A stretch of DNA of 55,819 bases from Candidatus Micrarchaeota archaeon. GTDB taxonomy: Archaea > Micrarchaeota > Micrarchaeia > Burarchaeales > Fermentimicrarchaeaceae. Made by a program: the position numbers and the translations under genes. This document shows positions 27,530 through 34,517 of the stretch, piece after piece (the first letter of the stretch is position 1; every line of letters starts with the position of its first letter). A model generated the notes under the pieces. That model was not told where the DNA came from. It was given only the letters and a program-made list of their open reading frames with translations, and searched no databases. The stretch is taken from positions 1-55,819 of the forward strand of contig JACCLG010000012.1 in assembly GCA_013425335.1 (NCBI GenBank). The letters are read 5' to 3'.

Positions 27530-27760
27530 TTTTCACTTGGGTATGAATTACGCCTGTGGAACCGCCGGAACCGGTCGTCCGGTCTTAGCCGGCTCACGTC
27601 AGAGACACGGAAAAGTCTGTTTCCGCTTGAAACAGGCTCCGAAGGGAAACGGTCAACAGGCGGCTTCCGACGTAAACCGCATTTTTCATGCAGAAAAGGG
27701 CGTTCCTGTTTTCAGAATGCCATACAAGCCCGGTTTAGACCGGCTTCTGCCGGGCTTTTT
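27530..27760 (+). ncRNA. Candidate structured RNA (unclassified) in a convergent spacer
   Basis: Nested hairpin at 27564-27593 (gccgg-a-accgg-tcgt-ccggt-cttag-ccggc). A 7-bp hairpin at 27617-27635 (ctgtttc-cgctt-gaaacag). A stem plus T5 at 27726-27760. The strand and ends are guesses. Confidence 0.3.
27726..27760 (+). terminator. Stem-loop followed by T5
   Basis: aagcccgg..ccgggctt forms an 8-bp stem around a 16-nt loop, followed by ttttt. It lies ~230 nt past the stop of the upstream plus-strand gene. Confidence 0.4.
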
Positions 27761-27851
27761 AGGCGGGAAAACTGGCGGATTTGTTGTATGGAAATACAGA
27801 TTTAGGCGGACTGATTTACCGGTTTTATTTACTGCTTTTTATACTGAATAG

Positions 27852-28868
27852 TCAGCAGAAGTCCTGAGTTACATAGACTTTATCATCTGAAGATATCGCT
27901 ACGCCAATACCCTCTCGGTCATAAGTAACATTCAGTATATTCCCTCTATGCCCTGGACTTGACATCCAACCGCTAACGGTGGAACTTGCTATCTCATCTT
28001 GCGTATTCCAATCGTAAGAGGAGACTACCCCGTTAGTGTAAGTTACTGAACTGTAAAGATTATTTTGGAATATATTTTCACCCAATCCATTTGTGTAATA
28101 ACTTCCATAGTTCTTATAACATGTATAACCTGCAGGAATTCCTCTAGAGGTCGGATCTTGAGATTCTAGGTTATAGTGACTAAAATAATGGTTTATCGCC
28201 ATATCTACGCTATGCGCCCTTGCTATATCTGATAGTTTAGCATCAAGCTGCAAAGGCGCAAGTCCATTTTTTTGTCGCTCGGTATTTACTAGATTATGAA
28301 TTTCTAGTTCTATTTCTGAGGTGTTGATTTCGGGCTTTGAAACACCTGTGGATATTGTGATATTTCTAGTAAGATTTTGCAAAATCTCTGTTCCTCTCTG
28401 TATATACTGGGGGTTAAGATAGAGGTAATAACAAACTCCGACAAAAGCCAAAATGAAAAGGAGTTTTTTAAGTTGGTAATTTTTGAAATAGAACCAGCGA
28501 TACGAGAACCATCTTCTAGTTTTATCAAGAAAGCTTGGTTCAGGTGGAGTTGGCAGAGGTGGTTGAGTCGGATGTGGACGGGGTTTTAGCGGAGGGATGA
28601 TTATCGGTTCTGCAGTTTTAGGGATAAACTCAGGACAAGGATGAGCGTTTTCTATTCTCCAAAGTGGTTCTTTGTCTATCCACGGAGGAGCACTTGTCGG
28701 TTTGGCTTGCAGGTGTTTATTGCAGTAATATTTCCTACAGTATACACATTTAGAAAGATTTTCAGTTTCATGACAATCGTGATAGGAGCATTCATTAACC
28801 CATGCCGTATACTTTTTCTTTGGTTGCAAATGGGTATAACTTCTTCTCAAAGGATGTTTCTTACGCAC
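27852..28868 (-). CDS. AN1-like zinc finger, Pro-rich linker, TM helix and extracellular CAP/SCP/PR-1 domain protein
   Basis: N-terminal CSYHDCHETENLSKCVYCRKYYCNKH. A linker PPLKPRPHPTQPPLPTPPEP. A TM segment LLFILAFVGVCYYLYL. The C-terminus has IARAHSVDM..NHYFSH..GENI..GWMSSPGHRGNIL, typical of CAP domains. GTG start. The gene is AT-rich. Confidence 0.75.
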   Translation of the reverse strand: MRKKHPLRRSYTHLQPKKKYTAWVNECSYHDCHETENLSKCVYCRKYYCNKHLQAKPTSAPPWIDKEPLWRIENAHPCPEFIPKTAEPIIIPPLKPRPHPTQPPLPTPPEPSFLDKTRRWFSYRWFYFKNYQLKKLLFILAFVGVCYYLYLNPQYIQRGTEILQNLTRNITISTGVSKPEINTSEIELEIHNLVNTERQKNGLAPLQLDAKLSDIARAHSVDMAINHYFSHYNLESQDPTSRGIPAGYTCYKNYGSYYTNGLGENIFQNNLYSSVTYTNGVVSSYDWNTQDEIASSTVSGWMSSPGHRGNILNVTYDREGIGVAISSDDKVYVTQDFC

Positions 28869-28904
28869 CGCTCACCACCAATTAGGATATGCTTATGAGC
28901 TATA

Positions 28905-29204
28905 TTAAGATTGCTTTGGCTTCTTTTCCTTCTCCTGCTTCTCCGATTCCTTGTAGTGCTTGTATCTTTTATAGAAGTATCCAATAATGTAAAGGCAAAT
29001 CCAGTTCACCAATAAAGCCCCTATGAGGATACCAACTCCAAGTGGAGTGATATGTCCAGTAATGAAGCCAAAGGCATAGTAAGGTATTGTTAGAAAAGCC
29101 CAGACGACTGCACCGACTTCTTTCCAATACATAGATAAAAATTTTCTCCAAGTAAATTGCTCCCAAATTGAGACCTCGCTTTCAGGTTTAGGTTTTTTAG
29201 GCAT
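28905..29204 (-). CDS. Small two-TM membrane protein, function unknown
   Basis: Two hydrophobic helices and a Lys/Glu-rich tail ending KKPKQS. The last 21 nt, including the first two bases of the stop codon, match 10196-10216. Confidence 0.5.
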   Translation of the reverse strand: MPKKPKPESEVSIWEQFTWRKFLSMYWKEVGAVVWAFLTIPYYAFGFITGHITPLGVGILIGALLVNWICLYIIGYFYKRYKHYKESEKQEKEKKPKQS

Positions 29205-29249
29205 TTTCTACCACTTCACTACTAGATTCCAAAATTGAAAAGACCCCGC

Positions 29250-29657
29250 CTACAAGCTCTTCCAGTCAGTAATTATTCTCATCCCTGTTTTTCTCCTGCG
29301 TCCTCCCTTAGTCTTTTTCTTACCCTTCCTTTTTGACTTACTTTTTAATCCTAAAATTTCTTTTTTTACCTGAGCATTTGTCTTTTTACTACCTTTCAAC
29401 TTATTGCACCTATGACATAACCATTGAAGATTAGAAGGAGAGTTGGTCCCGCCTTTTGCCAATGGTTTTATATGGTCGATGTCGCCATCATAAAATTCAG
29501 TTTCCCTTCTGCAGATAGCACATCTTCCTTTATATTTATCATATAAAGTTTTTTCGTATGTACGTGAAAACTTTACACGTTTTCCTTTGGTTTCTTCTTC
29601 ACTCAGACCGGGAATTCGGATTGGTTTTATTTCTATGTCAAAAGGATTTCTCGTCAT
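29250..29657 (-). CDS. HNH endonuclease with a basic C-terminal tail
   Basis: CAICRRE..DIDHIKPLAKGGTNSPSNLQWLCHRCNKLKG, the CxxC..DH..N..CxxC HNH core. Confidence 0.85.
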   Translation of the reverse strand: MTRNPFDIEIKPIRIPGLSEEETKGKRVKFSRTYEKTLYDKYKGRCAICRRETEFYDGDIDHIKPLAKGGTNSPSNLQWLCHRCNKLKGSKKTNAQVKKEILGLKSKSKRKGKKKTKGGRRRKTGMRIITDWKSL

Positions 29658-29694
29658 AACCTCACCCAGTTAGTAGTTAGTTTCTGGAAGTATA

Positions 29695-31863
29695 TCAAGA
29701 TTCCTTCAACTTCTCCAGAATGTCAATTGCCGCCTGCTTGTTCAGGTGCCTGTTGTTGTTCCCGCACTGCGGGTCCAGTATGCAGCTGGGGCATCCTCTC
29801 TGGCAACGGCATTTCACCAGCCTGTCATGAGCCATCTCTTCAACTCTCTCAAACTTCTCAAAGATAATCTTCGACAAGCCTACGCCATTAGGAGTTGAGT
29901 CGTATATATACATCCTTCCCGCAGGGTAGCTCACTCCCCCAATCTCAGAAGGGTCGGCCCCTGTGAGAGCAGGCATCATTGCTATAGAGACATGCTCAAC
30001 CGCATGCAAACCTGAAGGAAAATCGTCTGTGCTGAAAACAACCTCCTCAGGAAAGTCAAACCAAACCGCGGTGCTGTCAAACTCGTACTGCAGCGGCTCG
30101 TCAAGCAGATTCCTGCTGTTTATTGTCTCCTGCAGGTAATCTTTCAGCATGTACCCGTATACCTCATCCGAGATGTGCACTTTTCCGTATGAGAGCTTCC
30201 CACCCAAAGAGGAGCGTTCGCCGAGCAGCTCAATCACTTCTGCCTCCCGGTTGCGCAATGCGACTGTATATTCCGAAGTTTTATGGCCAAGCTTACGGAC
30301 AAAGGCAGCTCTCCTTTCCAAGTCAAGCCTCTCAGAGAGGTATTTCTCCCCTCCGTGCAGGTAAATGGCCCCGGGAAAGAGCTCGCTGTATGCCATTGCC
30401 TCCTCCCTCTCCCCGATGAATTTCTCTTCCCCAGAGTCGTATATGCGGATGGATTCGCCTGCACTGCGTATGCTCATCCTCCTCATTTGCCGCAGGGCCT
30501 TCTTCGTGGGAATCCAGCCCCCTGCGAACTCCTTGCACAATTCTTCCTCCCTTAGCTGCGAGAAGAGCTGCTCGCCCATTGGAAAAGCGAGAATTTCCTT
30601 TATGTCGGCAGGGTAATCGCGCATCATGGAAAGCAGATGAGGCTTCAGGATGAATTCGTTCTGCGGGTTCACATAGCAGCTCTCAGGCTCACCTTTCAGA
30701 TATTCATTCGGGTTTTCGAAGTAGTACTGGTCAAGCGGGTTGTCGCGCGCAATGAAAACCGCATTTGCTTCCTTGCCCCTCCTCCCTGCCCTGCCAATCC
30801 TTTGCCTGACGCGCGTCACGGTTCCGGGAAAGCCCGCGAGAATGACGGAGTCTACAGCACCTATGTCCATTCCCAACTCAAGAGCAGATGTTGTCACAAG
30901 CGCGTCGGTTGCACCTGACTTGAACTCCTGCTCCAGCCTCTTCCTCTCCTCCTTATCCAAGCCAGCGCGGTAGATTTTCAAACCATGCAGATTTGTTTCC
31001 CTTGCAATGATGCCTATCCTCTCAACAACCGAGTGGCTGTTGCCGAAGATGAGCAGCTTCCTCCCTCCTCCCATGAGCTGCCTTGCAGCCTTCAATGCAA
31101 GTGCAGTGTAACTTTCCCTGCCTTCGGCTGTCTGATTTGGGTTGAGCAGGATGTGCTGGACTGTGCTTCTTGGAGCGTAGCGTGCATCCACCAGGGAAAA
31201 GGGCAGGCCGACGAGCTGCTCCGAGAACTCCAATGCATTCCCGACAGTTGCAGAGCAGCAGATGAACTGCAGCTGCTTCTTTGAATATTTTGAGTGAACT
31301 CTCCTGAGGCGCTTTATTATGTTTGAGGAGTGGCTCCCGAATGTTCCCGTGTAGGTGTGAATTTCATCTATTACAACGTATTTCAGCGAGGAGAGGAATT
31401 TCCTGAAGAGATGCGAATTCAAAAGGATGAAGTGCAGCATGTCCATGTTCGTTATGAGCACATGGGGCAGCTCTTTGCGGATTTTCTCCCGCATGCTTGA
31501 GGAAGTATCTCCATCGTATACTTCGCTCTTCACTCCAAGCAAGGCAAACTCACGGAAGCGTGCGAGCTGGTCCCTTGAAAGTGCTTTGGTTGGGTAAACA
31601 ACGATGCTCCTCTCGTTCTGCAACGCAGCTTCAACTATTGGAACAACATATATCTCGCTTTTTCCAGAGGCAGTTGGAGCTGTTATGACAACATTCTCCC
31701 CGCTCCTCACCTTCTTTATTCCATCTGCCTGGTGCTTGTAGAGCTTCTCAATTCCCCTTGCTTGCAGCACATCCATTATCTCCTTTGGAATTTCAACCTC
31801 CCCGAAATGCGCAGCATCGCCCTTCTCAAGAAACTCCTTCATCTCGGCGTCTAGGGAAAGCAT
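29695..31863 (-). CDS. DEAD/DEAH-box helicase with a C-terminal DUF1998 (MrfA-type Zn-binding) domain, COG1205/YprA/Hel112-like
   Basis: Motif I APTASGKS, motif II DEIH, motif VI QRIGRAGRRG. The C-terminal Cys cluster is CRCQRGCPSCILDPQCGNNN. Confidence 0.88.
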   Translation of the reverse strand: MLSLDAEMKEFLEKGDAAHFGEVEIPKEIMDVLQARGIEKLYKHQADGIKKVRSGENVVITAPTASGKSEIYVVPIVEAALQNERSIVVYPTKALSRDQLARFREFALLGVKSEVYDGDTSSSMREKIRKELPHVLITNMDMLHFILLNSHLFRKFLSSLKYVVIDEIHTYTGTFGSHSSNIIKRLRRVHSKYSKKQLQFICCSATVGNALEFSEQLVGLPFSLVDARYAPRSTVQHILLNPNQTAEGRESYTALALKAARQLMGGGRKLLIFGNSHSVVERIGIIARETNLHGLKIYRAGLDKEERKRLEQEFKSGATDALVTTSALELGMDIGAVDSVILAGFPGTVTRVRQRIGRAGRRGKEANAVFIARDNPLDQYYFENPNEYLKGEPESCYVNPQNEFILKPHLLSMMRDYPADIKEILAFPMGEQLFSQLREEELCKEFAGGWIPTKKALRQMRRMSIRSAGESIRIYDSGEEKFIGEREEAMAYSELFPGAIYLHGGEKYLSERLDLERRAAFVRKLGHKTSEYTVALRNREAEVIELLGERSSLGGKLSYGKVHISDEVYGYMLKDYLQETINSRNLLDEPLQYEFDSTAVWFDFPEEVVFSTDDFPSGLHAVEHVSIAMMPALTGADPSEIGGVSYPAGRMYIYDSTPNGVGLSKIIFEKFERVEEMAHDRLVKCRCQRGCPSCILDPQCGNNNRHLNKQAAIDILEKLKES

Positions 31864-31921
31864 CAGTTATATTTTGCAGGAAAACAATAAACAAGCTTCG
31901 TTCGGTTTTAAATAGTCGGAA

Positions 31922-32902
31922 ATGCAGAAGTTATCCATGGGTGTGGTAAAATTCGCAGAGGCGGGCTTCGCTGTAATGGAGCAGGAAATCAAGAAGGAGA
32001 ACTACCTCGAGGTAAAGCTCAGGAAGGGAGTGGAGCTGGATGAGGAAGCCTGCAAGGTAATTGCCTCGAGGATTTCGCCAAAATATCACGGAGGGATATT
32101 CTTTGAAGGAGGAGTCACGCTAGCCTTTGAGAGATGGGGGAGTAGCAACGCCCATCTGCTTGGGATTGCCCTTGAGAAGGAAGGAGTCATAAAGAACCCG
32201 AAGCTGGGAATTTTGAAGAGCGCATTGGTGGGGCACCCAGCAGTTACCTACTATAACGTCACGTACGCAATTCCTGATGATATTATGATGGAGAAGCTGG
32301 AGAAGGCTGCGGAGGGAATGCAGAGCTTTAGGATGGAGATAGTTAAGAAGGAGCCTATGTTTGGAAAAATAAAGATGAAGCTTGATGGCGATGTGTGGGT
32401 TGGAGAGGCGCAGGAGGAATCCGGAGTGAGGAAGCTAGAAGTGAGAAAGGATGGCGGTCATCTGAAATTAAGAGTTGAGGTGAAGAGTAGGAGCGGAACC
32501 AGCGATGCTGAGTGCACATTCACGTCCGTGGATAGGGCGATGAGGATTACGGATATCCGCATGAACAAGCCGCAGTGGGTAGAAGGGATTGAAATAAAGC
32601 CGCGGGAAATGAAAAAGAGCCTTAAGGAATCCATCGAAAATGGTGAAGGGAGGAGGCTTGCCACGGGTCTTCAGGGCGTTAACCTTTTTGAAGTTAAGAA
32701 AAAAGTGAAGAGCAATGATAGAGAAGTTATTGCAAAGTATTCCGTGACCGAGAAGGGGACTTTGATGAGAGTTGACTTCATAAACGGCAATGAGGTGCCC
32801 CCTGTGAGCATAAGGCCGAATAAGCTGAGGAATCGGATGAGGGAGTTCGCCACGGAGGAGGTTGTCCGGGAGTGGTTTGGGAATAAGGAAGCAGTGGAAT
32901 AA
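31922..32902 (+). CDS. Hypothetical 326-aa protein
   Basis: A long ORF with coding-like composition, divergent from the helicase gene. No recognisable motif. Confidence 0.5.
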   Translation: MQKLSMGVVKFAEAGFAVMEQEIKKENYLEVKLRKGVELDEEACKVIASRISPKYHGGIFFEGGVTLAFERWGSSNAHLLGIALEKEGVIKNPKLGILKSALVGHPAVTYYNVTYAIPDDIMMEKLEKAAEGMQSFRMEIVKKEPMFGKIKMKLDGDVWVGEAQEESGVRKLEVRKDGGHLKLRVEVKSRSGTSDAECTFTSVDRAMRITDIRMNKPQWVEGIEIKPREMKKSLKESIENGEGRRLATGLQGVNLFEVKKKVKSNDREVIAKYSVTEKGTLMRVDFINGNEVPPVSIRPNKLRNRMREFATEEVVREWFGNKEAVE

Positions 32903-32903
32903 T

Positions 32904-33167
32904 CTAGAGCCCTACAAAATCCTTCGATATTTTTCCTTTCGGAAAGGCAGTCCCATTCTTTGCCGAGACAGGAAGCTGGTATTCCTCGGCCAGTCTGAGA
33001 AGCTCGCTCATGTCTATGAACTTGTCAACAGACAGCACAGGATAGGCTCCAACAGGCGAGGGGATTCTCTTTATGACAAACTCCTGAAACTGCAGTGTGC
33101 CGGAGCGCATCACCTTTATGTCAATTTTGCCTGCCTTCAGTGCAACCTTTGAGATTTTCGGAAGCAT
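32904..33167 (-). CDS. Hypothetical 87-aa protein
   Basis: The ORF starts 1 nt after the aminotransferase stop on the same strand. No recognisable motif. Confidence 0.4.
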   Translation of the reverse strand: MLPKISKVALKAGKIDIKVMRSGTLQFQEFVIKRIPSPVGAYPVLSVDKFIDMSELLRLAEEYQLPVSAKNGTAFPKGKISKDFVGL

Positions 33168-33168
33168 C

Positions 33169-34401
33169 TCAACACCTCACAAGATTTTCAATTCCCTGCG
33201 CAACTTTCTCAAGAATATCAACAGGGGGCAGCACAGTTGTCCTGAGGTGCGAATCCAGCCCGAAGCCGCTTCCCCTTGTGACCCACACATGCTCCTTTCT
33301 CAATAATTCTGTGCAGAACTCCTTGTCATTCTTGAATTTAGTCTTGCTCAAATCAATCTTCGGGAATAGATAGAAAGCCCCCTTTGCCTTCTGGCAGCTC
33401 ACTCCGTTGATTTCGTTAAGCCTCTTGTGCATGAACTCCGCCCTTTCCTTTATGTTTTTTACAATGTATTTCAGGTATCTCCTGTGCGCCTTCGCATTGC
33501 TGAGAGCCTCTACTCCCGCAAGCTGGGCAGGCGTGCTGGCGCACAGCCTCATGCTCAGAAGATTGGTGAAGCCCTCCCTGAGCTTCTTTGAGCCCTCATC
33601 ATCCTCCGGCATGATGACCCATCCAATCCTGAAGCCTGTACCTCCCCAGTTCTTTGAGAGGCCGTTCATTATGATGTGGGGCACTCCTTTGGCAACCTCC
33701 CCGATGCACGTCATCTTCTCCTTGACAAGGATTATCTCATCGTAGATTTCATCGGAAATTATGAGCAAATCATTGTTCTTGGCAACCTCAACAACATCCT
33801 CAAGGTATTTTCTGCTGAACATTGAACCTGTTGGGTTATTGGGGTTGTTCACAAGCATGAACTTCAAATCCATTCCTGCACTTTTTGCGTTCTTTATCTT
33901 CTCCTCCAAATTCTCTTTTGAAGGAGCCCAGCCATGCCCCTCATCCAGCTCGCTGAGCACAACCGTACCTCCAAACAGCCCCACGGTGGGTGCATAGACA
34001 GGATAATAAGGATTGAACAACACTGCTCCCCTTCCCTTGTCCATGAGGGATTCCACGAGGAATGCGACAGCCTCACTAAGGCCCTGGGTGACGAATATTT
34101 TTGACGAGTCAATGTCTAGGTTGTAAAGCCTCTTGTATCTTTTCGCAATCTCGTCAAGGAAGCCGAAGTCGCCGGGTGGGCGGCAGTATGAAGTCTTTCC
34201 CTCCTTCAGTGCTTTGCGGTATGCCTTCACCACATAGCTGGCAGTTCCAAGGTATGGAACAGGGTCGCCTATGCTGGCGTTGTATATCTCGGCGCCTGTC
34301 TTCCTTATTTCCTCAGAGAGGGGGAAGAGCTCCCGTATTGGGTAGCAGGCATGCTCCATCCTTTGGGATAGTGTATCGCTCTTGAATGGCATATTCACCA
34401 A
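33169..34401 (-). CDS. Class I/II PLP aminotransferase (aspartate/alanine aminotransferase-like)
   Basis: Fold-type I pattern with the PLP-lysine context NGLSKNWGGTGFRIGW and NPNNPTG. Confidence 0.85.
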   Translation of the reverse strand: MVNMPFKSDTLSQRMEHACYPIRELFPLSEEIRKTGAEIYNASIGDPVPYLGTASYVVKAYRKALKEGKTSYCRPPGDFGFLDEIAKRYKRLYNLDIDSSKIFVTQGLSEAVAFLVESLMDKGRGAVLFNPYYPVYAPTVGLFGGTVVLSELDEGHGWAPSKENLEEKIKNAKSAGMDLKFMLVNNPNNPTGSMFSRKYLEDVVEVAKNNDLLIISDEIYDEIILVKEKMTCIGEVAKGVPHIIMNGLSKNWGGTGFRIGWVIMPEDDEGSKKLREGFTNLLSMRLCASTPAQLAGVEALSNAKAHRRYLKYIVKNIKERAEFMHKRLNEINGVSCQKAKGAFYLFPKIDLSKTKFKNDKEFCTELLRKEHVWVTRGSGFGLDSHLRTTVLPPVDILEKVAQGIENLVRC

Positions 34402-34517
34402 CCGAGTTTAGTTAAGAAATACAACATATTAAAAAGTATAGCATCCGCACCACGGCGCGCATGAACAGTAATAAATGCTTTTCTGAGAAAATACATTTGG
34501 AGTGAATTGGTGTTGGA

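Noticed and set aside
27495-27851. 118-aa ORF in the convergent spacer, plus tentative resemblance of the spacer to SRP RNA helix 8 (caggctccgaagggaaacgg) and to RNase P CR-I/CR-IV-like strings (ggaaaagtc, cagaaaagggcg)
   Set aside because: The ORF composition is implausible. The SRP reading lacks the conserved AGCA side of the symmetric loop and conflicts with the clear ctgtttc/gaaacag hairpin. The RNase P reading fails because the two strings cannot form helix P4 and lie only ~90 nt apart. I kept it as an unclassified RNA candidate, and Rfam cmscan would settle it.
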